A stretch of 63,987 nt of DNA, counting the filler, from Dirinaria sp. TL-2023a (taxonomy: Eukaryota), in the NCBI GenBank assembly GCA_051941275.1. It is 5 parts of 5 records of this genome, joined end to end, with 100 filler letters (N's around TTAATTAATTAA, not from the genome) between each part and the next. Parts side by side here need not be neighbours in the genome. Positions count along the whole stretch, not along the records: positions 25,683 to 38,399 come from JAVEBF010000744.1; positions 38,500 to 51,212 come from JAVEBF010000745.1; 3 more parts are not named here. One strand, 5' to 3'. Both the position numbers and the translations under genes were made by a program. Positions 25,683 through 39,160 of this stretch are shown here, one piece after another (the stretch's first letter is position 1; the number at the start of each line of letters is the position of its first letter). Under the pieces are notes generated by a model. It made no database searches. It was given only the letters and a program-made list of their open reading frames with translations, and was not told the origin of the DNA.

Positions 25683-27560
25683 TCTTCGAGTCGGAATCCA
25701 GACCTGACGCATGGAAAAATTGCTGTGGGTTGCTAGATATGGGATGATAGTATTAGATTCCGCGTTGAAATAGATGTAAATAGTTAAATACTTATGAACG
25801 ACGAAAAAGATGATTGACAACGAACTTTTACCGCTTGCTCAAAAATTTTGCCTTCTTGTCTGATTTCAGGGGAGTCGGGGGAGTGGCGACTTGTAAAAGA
25901 ACTATAATCGGTCTAAAAGAAAAAGAAACATACACCAACGTATTTAAAAAGCGTTGAAAACTTGAGATTCCTGATCTCAATCGAACGAAATCTGAGTTTA
26001 ATCGAACTCGGTTTTACGAGCGCGGACGTTCCAACTTCTGATTCCTCGACTTTGCGTCGTCTTTTGAAATTTGCGTGAGTTTACATACTGCTTGATTCAA
26101 CTTGAAAGTATACTGAACGCGACTGGGTCCCGGGAGATTCTGTCATTTCATTCGTTTCTTGAGTAAAACTCCGACTTTGTTGATTAAATAGTCGAAGTCT
26201 TTTTCGTGACCTTCTCGATTCGGAATTTTCTCAAAATCGTAGATAACTGTCTTACATATGTCTCAATTGCGAGATTGAAAGATTCGACGCTCTTGAAGCT
26301 CTTAGAGTTCGGAAATATGCTGAATTTTGTGTGGTTTCCAGCTTCGTCTCTTCAAAACAGTCTCTGCAGCTTTCTCAAATAGTTCGCTTGCTTCTTCCCG
26401 TTCACGGCCCCCACGCTGATTGCTAGAGAGAAAAGCTGATTTTTGCGAAAAGTAACGATAGAATTTTCGCTTTCTCATTTGCACGGGCTCTCAACGTTTT
26501 CGAAGTCTTTCGAATTCTTCTCATTGTCTCTACGAGCAAAATTCTTCTCAAAACTTAATTCACGTCCTCTCTCGTAAAAAAAAAAAAGTCATATACTCAC
26601 AGATACTGTTCTGAAAAATATCTGAGCATTCTAAGATATTAACAAAATTTTAGTGCTATAATGAGTCAATCTTGGATTCGAAGCTGTCTAAAGTATTCAA
26701 ATTCGACTCAACCAATTTCTTTGATTTAGAACTCTTCTTTGCTTTGCTTTTCTTGATCTTTTTGAATTGATCAACGTTTTTACTTGTCCATAGACTGAAC
26801 GTGCTACGTCGAGAATAGAAGAGTGGATATAAAGTATAATCTAATGTAATATAAAAAAAATAAAAAATAAAAAGTAAGGCGGACCCGAAACCTTTTACAC
26901 AAATTAGATCTTTATCTCTCAATGTATAAATGGTGTGAAAACTCTTTGAAATTCGTGTTCTGAAGCACTTCATGCTGCAAGCATCAAAGCCGAGGAGTAC
27001 CAAGTCAAGCTTGACCAGCCGTTTAGAGGAGCTCGAAGACCTGCCCCAAGGGACTTACAGGAGCAGCGCTAGTCTTTGTCCGTCATTATCTCTGGCCAAG
27101 CCATGGATGTTGAAAGTAGAAAGATACTGCTTAAAAAGTGGGGCTTAGTGAACATAAGATGTGAATTTCAGAATCATCATCAAAAATCTTGATACGCACC
27201 CAAACGCGTGTTTTTTTCGCTTGTCTAAGTCTTTCTCACTCGATCTGCACTGATTTCTCAAGTTCTCGTGTCTTCTGTGTTCTTAAAAGCTGTATTGATC
27301 TTTCATACTTTGCGAATTCAGCTTCGGAGAGCTGATGTCTTCGAGTAATTTTCGTTGTTACAAGGCGCGACGGTGGTTTAGATTTCTCTTTGCTGATTGA
27401 TGGGTTTTTGTAGACTTCGTGCTTTTTGGAAGCTTTCTGGTTTTTAAATTCCTTTCAGATAAAGTTGTAACAGTTTAGAAGAAGCCTTGGGAAAGTACAG
27501 AGTTGGGATGTGGGTGAAGTCGAAGAAGCACTTTGAGATAAATCTGATGATATGTATTGT
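25683..27560. repeat. AT-rich hypermutated relic (repeat or multicopy gene; family not recognised)
   Basis: Located at a contig edge. Raised AT, reduced CC/GG with CpG retained, and broken Lys/Ser/Phe-rich minus-strand ORFs (26302-26484, 26656-27003). Confidence 0.5.
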
Positions 27561-27682
27561 GTTGTTCGTTCCTCAGCTTCTTAAATAGAGGGAAGATAAA
27601 GGTGCGAATGGTGCGAATAGGGCGACCAGTATAGACCGTAGTTGATAGTCCTACCTTAGTACTAAGGAACTACATATTCTAT

Positions 27683-28072
27683 CTACTCATTCTTTCCTCC
27701 GGTCATTTTGAGCATCTCTTGATTCGCCTTGCTGACTTCGCGGGAATACTTCATTAGCTGTTGCTTAATTCCCGATAAATCCCTAATGGCGTCCTCGATG
27801 CGTGGGAGGCGTTGGGTGGCGCTCTTGACAGGTAGCATATCATCTTCTATCCCCATCACTCTTGAATTGGTGCTCATACATAAGTTCTTCAGGCACAACA
27901 GACGTAAGTGGGCATTGTCAAGACGGTCATTGGTATTTTTGCAGGTGGTTTCAAGCGTCTTCGGTCGTAGATCGATGGCGTTCATCCGCAGGTCAAGGCT
28001 GCCGAGACGAAGGTTCATGGTGTTGAGCAAACTAGGTAATTGGTGGAGGATTTGATCGGCGCTGAGTGGCAA
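27683..28072 (-). CDS. Hypothetical coiled-coil protein (possibly the 3' exon of a spliced gene)
   Basis: Heptad pattern in LNTMNLRLGSLDLRMNAIDLR, TNDRLDNAHLRL and LPRIEDAIRDLSGIKQQL. An upstream ctaat...aacag acceptor-like site lies at ~28077. Confidence 0.4.
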   Translation of the reverse strand: MPLSADQILHQLPSLLNTMNLRLGSLDLRMNAIDLRPKTLETTCKNTNDRLDNAHLRLLCLKNLCMSTNSRVMGIEDDMLPVKSATQRLPRIEDAIRDLSGIKQQLMKYSREVSKANQEMLKMTGGKNE

Positions 28073-28205
28073 AATCTGTTCAATCTATTAGAGTGCTCTC
28101 TTGTGAGATGAAGACATACTCACTGCTGTTACCGGCGCACAGCTGTTGGTTTCCGACCCGTGTTCGCTGTTATAAGCTTGAGTCTAATCACAGTTAGCAG
28201 AAGTG

Positions 28206-28268
28206 GGAGAGAGGGGAGAGAGAAGGGAGAGAGAAGGGAGAGAGAAGGGAAAGAGAGGGGGAGAGAGT
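28206..28268. repeat. Polypurine tandem repeat (GAGAGAAGGG)-like
   Basis: About five imperfect copies: gagaggggagagagaagggagagagaaggggagagagaagggaaagagagggggagagag. Confidence 0.7.
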
Positions 28269-30275
28269 GTTGGGTGAAAAGTGGGTGAGAGCTGCTCACT
28301 GCGAGTGGCGTATGGCCCGGTGAGGTGGACGTTTTGGGTAAATTTTGCTGAGAAGTGAGTGGTGTATCTCTTCGATTGGAGTTCTTGGAGGGAGGGACAA
28401 TTTTGGTCACTTAGAGTACAATGCTTGGAAAAAAATGGCTTGCAGTGTGAGAGTAGTGGATGATGCCAAAAAAGCTTGGGGATGAGGGCGAGAAGTGGAG
28501 GGAATCCGAGAGTTTCAAAGCCCAGTACTTGAATTACTCATTCACTCCTCAACAACTCAGATTAGGCAGGCGCCACTGAAAAGCAAGCCTGAAAGCTTCC
28601 ATCACTTGATGCACACGAACCCCAACCCCTGCCTGATCAGAGAGACAGGTATGGGCTCTCTGGAATGAACGATTGTAACATAGGAGTACCGGCTGAAGGT
28701 TGGATTTCTAAAGCGGACCGGATCAAAAATGAAATGGCCCGAAAGCGCTGTCTGTGGGGCGCCATACTGCTGCCGTACAAGATTCCCTCGGTCATCCTGA
28801 GGATGTTTTCCAAGTCAAAGCGGTACGATGAGGTGTTGAATAGCTGTCAAGATTTTGCCACCCGACTGGCGGCTTCAATCGATTTTGACACAGGAATATC
28901 GGAGAAGCGAACCAGGAAAATGTTAGGGAGAGAAGTACGAATCAACTATTACAATGCTAAATCATTACCGTTGTCGCTCTTTTAATTCATGAGCGAACCT
29001 ACGACCCTTTTTCGGTACAAGCTATGGTCTGTCTTGTTGTCGACCCGGAGAAGTTACCCTCCTCGTTGCCTTTACCATGCATTAAGGATTCTGATACCAT
29101 CTCTTGAGGGTCCAAACCAGAGGGGACTCTTTGCGACTGTGCCGACCAGCAGTTGTAATAATTGGGATTGAAACGCCAAACGCGACGACGATTTTGTCAA
29201 AGATTTTGAATGTAGAAAGGACGCAGGCAAAAATAGAAAGAGAAGCAAAGCGATGGGGGAATGAATCAGCTTGATTGAGCAAGAAGCGCGAGTAGTCTGA
29301 CGGGCTGTTCATGTCAAGTCTATCGGTGACTTATAGCACAAAGTCTTCAAGAAATGACAATGGACCAATTCCACCGTTGAGACGCCTTGCTCTAATAGTC
29401 AACTCATTCTTGGTGTTTCGGCACACTGGTAAGAGAACTTTAAAAAAGATTCACGAACACGGCACAGGAAAGACGTAATGCACTGATGGAACGAGCACCC
29501 ACTAATTGTTGCTGAAGTGTAAGGAATGTGCGAGCAATGAACTGCAATTGTGTTGAAGGGGTGAAGTGGGAAGCTTGGTCGAGCTCCATGTATGTATGAT
29601 GTTTATCGTAACGTATTTAGTAAACTTAGTGCCCGTACTTTGTGCTCACTTCACTCTTGCTTTGCGTATAGATGTACTATATGACAGATTCAAGTCCGTT
29701 AACAGGAATTCAAAATGCAGGTTATGTAACTTAGTCGCAACCCACCTTATAAAGCCACGATTCTTGACTGCTCTTCCACAGGTGCTATTCATTCAAATGT
29801 CTTGCAGGCTCTATCCGCTATCTAGTAGTTCCGTAGCATGCTGTCATAGTTCCACATATCTGGAGTTTGTTGTCAAGATAAGGTGCCCTAAAGATTGCTT
29901 CCGAGCTAGCAGTAGCAGGATCTAGTTATCGTACGCTGTGCATGGGTGCTGGCCAGATACTTCACCAAGCATTCTTAGTTTTGGTGTGATGTACAAGAGC
30001 CGACTGCGGGTATAGCCATGCGAAGCCCTTTTATGTACACCTACTTGATCGGTACAATATGCGAAGATAACGCGATTTAGACGACCCGATCTAGCATCCT
30101 GCCAAAACTCTAAAAATTCTGGATCTCCGACAGCTGCGCCAGAATGCATGTCTAGATGCGTCCTCGGGTGCGCATACGACAATCCTTCAACGACTTGCGT
30201 CCAATTCTTCAAACTGCCGTGACTTCTTCAAGACTGAGGTCCGCAATACGGAATCATCTTACTGTGAAACCAATT

Positions 30276-31151
30276 ATGCATTTCTCCATGACCTGCTCCA
30301 CGTGGCTCATTCTGTGCTGTCTGGCCCTATCCTCTAATGCTTTGCCATCTCTTCCTCTCTTCAACGCTTCGTCAAATGCGCTAAAAACCAAATGCTTCAA
30401 TGGAAAAGCGTGGACGAAACCACATTGGCCGGCGTCAGTCTTGATGAATTATCTGAGCATCCTTCGCCACCTTCTAGTAGGCTATTCACTACCGTTCCAT
30501 GGTCAAGTTTTCGAGTTCTTACCCGTCAATGTACCTCAAACAACCGCGGCTATACCGGCTGTGCGCACGCCGTTTAAATTGGTTCAAGGTATGTCATTCA
30601 CATTGTTCACATAAAGCACCCATTGCATCCCTCCGATTTCACTCACTCTGCCTGATCCCCAAAGGACGGAAGAACAGCAGAAAAGGGATGACCAAACGGC
30701 GTGTTTTCGGATAACAGTTAAGCTCTTCGTGATTCCTTTCTCACGTGTCTCTCATAGGAGAATGCACGCTCGCAATAACAACCATGGAGCCCTTCGTCCT
30801 TCGCGGCGGCCGCCATAACCTCCCCAGTCTACCACAGGGCCCATTTACCCCCTCTGTCTTCCTCTCTTGGGACTATATATATGGCATTGCTGCACAATTG
30901 CAAGATAAATGTATACCTGATGAGGATAACAACCCTTGGGCTGGAGCGAGCTATGAGAGTGGTATACAACCTTTCCCTTATATGAGTTGGTAGTCGAGGA
31001 AGGTTAGGGGGAAACGACGAACGCTGATGATACTTTCGTAGAAGGATTTCCGAGCTGGTTAATTATGGTCTACGCGACGGGCTCTGACGTTGATGACGAG
31101 GTCGGCCCGAGAGTGAATATCCTAAGCAGCAACAGCACTGCTGTGTTATAG
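30276..31151 (+). CDS. Small secreted Cys-containing protein (~210 aa), unknown function
   Basis: Signal-peptide-like MHFSMTCSTWLILCCLALSSNA-LP. Introns 30589-30757 and 30962-31041 splice in frame to give ...RTPFKLVQGECTLAI...WDYIYGIAAQLQDKC...GFPSWLIMVYATGSDVDDEVG...stop. Confidence 0.7.
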
Positions 31152-31507
31152 GACCTCGATGGATGCAGACGCTTTACAGGGATCTGCTAATAAGACATCC
31201 CAAGAGGAATTCTGTAATAAATCACAGCCCACCAAGCTCCACACCCATGCGCCGATCTTCAACGCCGAAAGGAAGCACAAAGCAAGTATGCGTCTAGCCA
31301 TGTAGGCAAGGAATAGGTATTTGGCAAATTAGCTTTCGGCAATTCGGCCATGAGAAGTTGATGGCCATATCGTCTTAGCCCGTGGTGTCGAGTCCGGCAA
31401 TGGTAGCCGTTTTAGGTTGGCAGGCTCTAGACCATAATAGCATATATCCACCTTTAAATAAGAGCAGTCAAGTGCCTCCCAAAGATATCAGGGGTCACAA
31501 GCTCGGC

Positions 31508-33666
31508 TCAGGATCCTGTTGTAGAGGTTTTTCCGTGCAGCTTGGCAATCAGTTTGGCCATGGCGGCCTTGACTTCTTCCATCATGTGCTTCCATTTACC
31601 CCACATGGAATCAGCCTTGTCTTGGTCTTGGTTATCAATTGGAGAAGTGCCATTGGCGGAGACGGAAATGTTCGGCGTCTTGTGCAGCTCAATGGTCTCC
31701 GTCTCGACCTCTACTGTAGCTGCAGCTTCAGCTTCAGATGGAAGATCCTCTGGCACGTTCTCTGGGGGAAATGGCCCATCCGAATGTAGCCCAATCGTCT
31801 TCAGAGGCAGGCGTAAGGTGCCGTTGTTTGGTTTTGGCTCAATGCCTAAGGAGTCGCAGACGATGTTGTAGACTTCAATGTTCTCTAGTGCGAAATTGAT
31901 ATCGATACAATCAGCAATCAGACAATCGCGTCTTGCTTGAAGGAAAAACTTACGGAAGGGGCGGAGTCTACTGTTCGGCTGATGACGGAAAGCCGGGCCC
32001 CGTGCTACGAATATAGCTCGCATGAGTGGATGCTCATGATCATAGCCATGGAGGCCTTTGGGATGGTAAATCGACCCTTTTGCCTTCGCTTTTTTCACGT
32101 CGAAGTCCTCCTTGTGCACAATGGCCCACCCAGTCTTAGGAATGACCCATAGCGGAGCAATGCGCTCATTCTTCGAGAAATGATAACGCTCCGGCATGTC
32201 CTCATCCCGAAGATAGACTTCGAAATTGGTGTTCGTCAGGGATTCTACCTTCAGTCGATCGTAAAGAGGACGGAGGTCTTTGGGGTCCTTTGGTCGAAGG
32301 CCATATAATGGCCACCCATCGATATGCTCGACCAAGTCCAGGTCAATGAGGTCGTCAAGCTGTATTAAACGATCGACAGATGTTGTTGCCATGCCGTGAT
32401 CGCTGACCACAACAATGTTGACTACGTCTGAGAGGTTTCGCTGGTTGATACCCATGAAGAGCTGGTGCAGCATGTCATCCGTCCTGGCAATCGTCTCTCG
32501 GATCTCGGTACTGTTTGGTCCGTACGTATGCCCATCGGCATCTACGACGGGGACATAGGCGGCAATGAGTTGTGGTCGGGATCTCTCGCCTCCTTCGCCA
32601 ACTTCCTCGGCACCGGGCATATCTAGAAACTCGAGGATACGGTCGACTTTTCGTGATAAAATTTCGGATCCATTGAATTTGTCTACGAATGTAGGCTCTA
32701 GCTGGATGTGCGCTTCACTACCAGGCCACATGTGGATAGCGGTTTTCAAATCTTGCTTTTCTGCAGTCACCCATAGCGGCTCACCACCGCTCCACCACTT
32801 CGGTTGCATGCTCCTGGCTGGGTCCGTGTAGTAGAACTCCTCCTGTATATCGGCATCCCAGAAACTGTTTCCGACAACGCCGTGGCTTTCTGGATACAGG
32901 CCAGTGACCATCGTGTAATGATTTGGGAATGTGACGCTTGGAAAGCTTGGTAGCATGTACCTCGGCGAAACACCATGGGCAATGAAGGAGTGCAGGGTAG
33001 GCGTAAGATTGCGCTGCAGAAAGTCCGCACGAAAGCCATCAAGCGAAATCAGGATTGTCGTAGGTGCAAATGTAGTACTACCGTTCGATAAGCTAGGAAA
33101 GATCAACCTTGTGTGAGGTATAGTAGAGGTTCTGTACGAGCCGAACGCAAGGAGTAGGAATAATACGGAGATGGCCACGACGATCGCGAGGTGCAAAATT
33201 CGGCGTCGGTACTGGAGACAAAAGATCAGCAGAAATACCTTCCCTTTGGAGGGACGCAGACCTTCAAATTTGACTGTTGCTTCAACATGTTCTGATCTAA
33301 TGAGCTCGGCGAACAGGGCCAACCCATATCATCTCTCACTTCCATGTCTTCCATCTCATACAATAGATGTCCTTCCTGATACTTTGCCCTTTTCATTTTT
33401 GGCTTTTGACCTTTGCGTTGCCGTCTCCGCGCTCCCCTAGGCTCCCGCCCATCTTTGGGGACATCTGTGTTGCTATGCGATTCGCTATGATCTCCAAACG
33501 ATTCGGTTGCCAGTAACCTTTCTCGCTGCTCTTCTTCCAGCAGGATCGCACGATCGCTCTCCGTTGGAGTTCCTGTATTTGAGGAGCTTGCATCAGAGTC
33601 GTAGTATTGGTTGTGACTCAAGCCGTATTTGGCATTGGTAGAACTGGCGTCCACGCCGTGAGCCAT
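31508..33666 (-). CDS. NPP1: Type I phosphodiesterase/nucleotide pyrophosphatase (ENPP family, type II membrane protein)
   Basis: ILISLDGFRADF, catalytic Thr in PSVTFPNHYTMVTGLYPESHGVV, VDADGH, VSDHGM, GLHGYD. One TM helix after the N-terminal exon. Introns ~33213-33261 and 31885-31953. Confidence 0.93.
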
Positions 33667-34950
33667 GGGACGAATAGGGCCCGACCAGGGAATCGATGTC
33701 TTTATAGGGATATTTATTGTGTCATTTCGTCAGGCTGCACAGCCATGGTTCCCATCTCATGATGAGCTTCGGTGAGCTAGACAGCGATGCTGCCCTTCTG
33801 AACAATTTCAATGCTAAGGTACGAAGCATAAGGTAGTAGTTGGCTTTAAGGCTCCTAACCTTACCTCGCTTACCGAATTCTACCTAGGGTCAACGAAACA
33901 TACCTTTAACCCTAAAGTAAACAGCCTGGTATTTTGTCAAGTGGTTAGGTACCTAGGTACTGTAAGGCCCCTTGTCTTGGATGAAGCACATTAGCCTTTT
34001 AAGCGTTAAAAAGAAGTTTGCATTGATAAATCACAGATACAATTTGGGTTAGAAAAAGCACGCCGGCCCCTTCGACGAGTTGAGATATGCCCAAGGTCGC
34101 ATATTCTATGATTCTGGCCTTGTCTCTCATACCCATTCCGTAAATGACCATTGAGCGACAGAGACTCCTTTCAATCAGACATTTCGCAATTAGTACTTCC
34201 AATGTTGAAACACGGTGGTCTGTAAGAGACTCGTGTTTCACCCATGAAGGTAGGTAATTGCAACGGTCATCTACACCATGCGAGTTGTTACATAAATATG
34301 TAAGGTACTCATCTAGGAAAGAATAGACTAGATTAGCTCAGGAGATCAGAACGTTCCACGTAACGTGATTTAACGACTCTCGGCTATGACGCGTAAGATA
34401 CATGTAGTTTGGCTGGATCTCGACCGAATATTCCGCACTTCTTTTTGCAAAAGATAAGTAGGTGTGGGGGAGGGGGGGAAGAGAGGAATCCTTTGATGAA
34501 TCCTTTGCGGGTTTGGGCCTTTGTTTAGAGGGCGCTGGTGCTTACTAGCAGGACGTGATGACAAAGTCTGGACCGAGCGAAGATCTTGTCCCACCCATCC
34601 TTTCAGATGCCGTTGCTATCACCGCATTCGTCCAGAAGACATCTCTGCCGCGCCCTTTCACTACTACACTGCCTTACACTGCCTAGAACAATGAAATGGC
34701 CCATCATTCTGCCAAGAAGAATGGCGGGGATTGGATGAAGGCAAACCACGATCCTCGTTCATTCTTAACACCCCCCAGCACTAACTATCATACTATGGCA
34801 GCTGACCCGTCCCCATTCACCCTCAAAGTGACCTTGAGCTACACCGCCCACCCGTCGAGACCCCTGCCTGATCGAGAGCTATAACAACAGCAGCAAAGAA
34901 CCCACACTCATCTCACCCAGAGGAATTGCTGTTGTTGACCACCAGCCCAC

Positions 34951-37659
34951 ATGGCGAGCACGGTACTCGCAACAGTCACCAAGACTGTTACCGCCAAGGC
35001 CGCTGCTGCAACGACCGCCGCTTCTCGAGCTGCAAAGCAGGGCGGCATTCTCGAGGGTGCCAACCCGAGCAAGTATGACTCGAAGAATCCGATAATCATC
35101 TTCATTATCCAGGTAGAGCATGCTCCTTGTGGCCCATGGAATGCTTGTTGATGCTTGCGACAGGCTGGCATTATTATCATTTTCTGCCGCCTCTTGCATT
35201 ACCCTCTGTCCAAGATCCGCCAACCACGAGTCATCGCTGAAATCATTGGCGGTATCCTGCTCGGGCCCTCCGTCTTCGGTCGTGTGCCAGGCTTCACCGA
35301 TGCCATTTTCCCGAAGGCTTCCATGCCCACACTCTCCTTAGCAGCCAATGTCGGACTGGTGCTTTTCCTCTTCTTGGTCGGGCTGGAGGTGGACTTGCGG
35401 CTTTTGATATCCAATTGGCGAATCGCTTTGAGCGTCGGAGCAGCTGGTATGGCATTGCCTTTTGGACTAGGATGCGCCATCGCATACGGCCTATATCATC
35501 AGTTTCGGAGCGACTCGGGGCTGGTACCGATCAGTTTTGGAACGTATATGCTGTTTGTCGGCGTGGCGATGGCTATTACCGCGTTCCCGGTCCTCTGCAG
35601 AATACTGACAGAACTTAAGCTGCTGCAAAATCAGGTCGGCGTTGTGGTGCTTTCGGCTGGTGTCGGTAACGACGTCACTGGCTGGATCCTGCTAGCGCTC
35701 TGCGTGGCTCTTGTCAACGCTGGATCTGGGATTACTGCGCTGTACGTCTTACTTACCTGCGTTGGCTATGTGCTTCTCCTAGTTTACGTGATTCGGCCTG
35801 CCTTTCTGTTCATCCTCAAGCGTACTGGTAGCCTACAGAATGGGCCAACGCAGTCAGTCGTAGCACTGACAGTCCTGATGACGCTTGCCTCGGCCTTCTT
35901 CACCGGCATTATCGGTGTACATCCCATATTTGGAGCTTTCTTGATAGGCCTCATCTGCCCGCACGATGGGGGTTTTGCGATCAAGCTTACTGAAAAGATC
36001 GAAGATCTTGTCACGGTCTTTTTTCTCCCCCTCTACTTTGCTTTATCTGGCTTGAGCACGAATATTGGTTTACTCGACAACGGTATTACCTGGGGATACG
36101 TGATTGGCGTCATCGCCGTGGCCTTTGTCGGTAAGGTGGTGGGCGGTACCATGGCAGCTCGCCTTTGCAAGCTTGTCTGGAGAGAGAGCTTAACGATTGG
36201 GGTTCTCATGAGCTGCAAAGGTCTGGTCGAGCTCATTGTCCTCAACATTGGATATCAAGCCAAGATCTTAAGCCAGCGCACTTTCACCATCTTTGTTGTC
36301 ATGGCCTTGGTCACGACGTTTGCCACGACCCCTCTGACAATAGCGCTCTATCCACCATGGTACCAGAAGAAGCTAGCGGCTTGGAAGCGTGGTGAGATCG
36401 ACTGGGACGGCAACCGCTTGGTGCATGAGGGCTCCCAAGATGATGATCCTGAGGAGAAACGTGACATGCATGAGACACAGAACGTACTGGTGTCTCTGCG
36501 ACTCGAGAGCTTATCCAGCGTGTTAAATTTTGTCTCCTTAATCAGTGGTGACAAAGGGGGCAGTGCAGATAGGATAGCCCATCCAAGATCAGAGGACAGT
36601 AAGGACGCGGCTCAACGCACATCGCTGATCTCGAAGCGGCTAAAGGTTCATGCTCTTCGGATTTTTGAGCTTAACGAACGCTTGTCTTCTGTGATGAAAG
36701 AATCCGAGGTCGAAGATTATTCGTCAAAAGATCCCGTGGTCAGTGCTTTCCGCACATTTGGGCAGCTCAACCGCATCGCCGTCTCCGGCGAGGTCCAGAT
36801 TGTCCCCGAGGAAGATTATGTAGAAACGCTTAATGCAAGCGCGAACGACAGAGGGTCTGATCTGGTATTGCTACCCTGGAGCAACGTAGGGACCGTTGGC
36901 GAGGCACCCTACTCAAGCTTCCTCGATACAACCTCAGAGTCTTTTGGCAGCGCTTCATATAACCAATTTGTTCGACAGATACTCGCCACTACACCGTGTA
37001 ATGCAGCCGTGCTCGTTGATAACCATGGAGAGAACATTGCACAACGTTCACTTTCGCCCAGGCGCATAAACACCACTCCCAGCACACTAAGCACTCAACA
37101 CCTCTCAGCAACGCCCATTTCAAATCAGTATCACCACATTCTATTTCCGTTCGTTGGTGGGCCCGACGACTACTTTGCTTTGCGTTTTGTTCTTCGCCTG
37201 GCTAGGAACACCAATGTTACCGCTACAATACTCTACCTTGAGACGGCTCCTTCCGAGACTCAAGCAGCAGAGTCTTCGGAGGAGTCTCAGCGTAAAGACG
37301 GTATAAAGGTTGATGCATCGCCCATCGACCCTACAGCCAATGACAGAGACCAAGCTTTCTTCAAGTCCATGAAGGACTCCGTCCCAGTAGAGCTAGAAGA
37401 TCGGGTGATCTTCGACACGACCGAGCAAGAGGCTCACACGGATGTAGTCCAGCTCGCCGACAGAGAATTTTCGCATTCCTCGACGAGTGTAAGTAATATC
37501 TGCGTCGTGGGCAGAGGCCACCACAGGCGAGCGGCGATGTCTCCAGGCCCTACGGAAATCAGCCATGCGTTGGGCGAGCTTGCTGCAGTACTCATTGGCA
37601 AGGTTAATGCTAGCGTGCTGGTCGTACAAGCGAACACGAGCGGCATCGAGGCTCAGTAG
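34951..37659 (+). CDS. KHA1: K+/H+ antiporter (CPA2 family, Kha1/CHX-like)
   Basis: Exon 1 34951-35112, intron 35113-35163. Motifs QPRVIAEIIGGILLGPS, AITAFPVLCRIL, SAGVGNDVTGW, MSCKGLVELIVLNIG. Many TM helices and a long C-terminal soluble tail. Confidence 0.93.
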
Positions 37660-38399
37660 AGAGGGCAGGCGGTGGCTTTTATGTGATTTAAGAATCTCGT
37701 TTGCTAATTGCGTATATCACTGTTTGACATCAAGAACATTCAACACCGATCTTCAGAGAATGGCTCCTGGTCTAAGCAAGCTGCGGTACCTCCTAGGCTT
37801 AGCTTTTTCATTGCGTGGATGAAAGTTTATAATGTCTCACAACATGAGAGAGAGCAGTGTTTCCTGATCCGAATCCGCTTTGACGGTAATGATCCAAGAG
37901 ACCCATTAAAGCAATAAGTAAGTATAATCAACATCGAAGTTCCCCCAACAGCTTACAGTACCAAACACCCCAACCCCTCCGGTTTCATAGCTCAGAAATC
38001 AATCTATACGCTCAAATCTTACCTTATCAAAGTTCCTCCCAAGCATTATATTCTACACTTCAAATATCGAACCACACTACTTAGAGACTCTCCCCTCTGA
38101 AACTTTTTCCCGAAAAATATCCATCACTGAAAAATTGACCCGCATTAACATTTCATCCCCTGATAAAACCGCCCAATATAAACTCACTTGCTTTTGAAAC
38201 CAAACATAATATAAAATATAAATTAAATTCTAAACTCGATCTTTAAATCTATAACCCCACTCTTTTTTTTCTCTTTTCGGTTGGTTTTCGGGTTTTTGTA
38301 TTTGGAGGGTAGGGAGCTGGTTTTCATCATTCATCCCGCTTCTTCATCATTACTTATCACTTAGATCTATCTTCAGATTTCGATCCTCTATCGAGAGAA

Positions 38400-38499
38400 N
38401 NNNNNNNNNNNNNNNNNNNNNNNNNNNNNNNNNNNNNNNNNNNTTAATTAATTAANNNNNNNNNNNNNNNNNNNNNNNNNNNNNNNNNNNNNNNNNNNN
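38400..38499. other. Artificial contig-joining spacer
   Basis: N run with TTAATTAATTAA. Confidence 0.98.
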
Positions 38500-38833
38500 G
38501 GAATCGAACTATCTTATATTACTGCTATCTTAACTAATCTATTTGCTCAAAACTAACCACTAAGCTAACTTACCAAGTATTTGTATGGTGACTTAATATT
38601 ACCCATAACCTTAAAAAACTCTTAAAACGTTTTTAATAAAGTAATCGTCTGTAGACTGTCCAGAAATTAAGAACGAACAAGCTTCATATATATTTACTAA
38701 TTTCATGATGCTTACATTTACAAGACAGTGTACAGACAGCTCATCAAGCATTGCACAGTCTACAGATAGTTAATTTCATAGACAGTTCTTGTACTGTCTA
38801 AAGACCGTCTTACACAACCTGTTTCTTCCCGTA
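38500..38833. mobile_element. Possible degenerate DNA-transposon end (TA-flanked TIR-like terminus)
   Basis: AT-rich contig edge with recurring TAGAC/AGACAG/CTGTCT subrepeats, ending ...ACACAACCTGTTTCTTCCCG-TA before ordinary promoter sequence. The partner TIR is not in the window. Confidence 0.25.
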
Positions 38834-39160
38834 AGGTACCTTAAGGTAATAGGTAAGGTACGATGCTGGCATCATGTTTCGATACATGTAATCCTGAGGT
38901 GCCTTACGTTATTACCTTACTGCCAAGAGGTAGATACGGCAAGGGATTCTACGGATGGCGGGATCTCTGTTCGGCTGCAAGTTCTTTCCAGTTCCATCTC
39001 CGACGCTAAAACTCTCGTTCCATCGTTTTTTCATCACTTCGAGATATTCCGCCCCTTCCCCATAACCTCACTCTCCTGCGCTCGCTGCATTCCCTTTTCT
39101 AAAGTCAGGCAAGACAGCACTGGGGATTATCTGTAGTGTATTAGCTGTCCCATTCCCAGA

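Noticed and set aside
28660..29480. Possible F-box pseudogene on the minus strand (LSFLEDFVL*VTDRLD...)
   Set aside because: The resemblance is too weak to support without a search.
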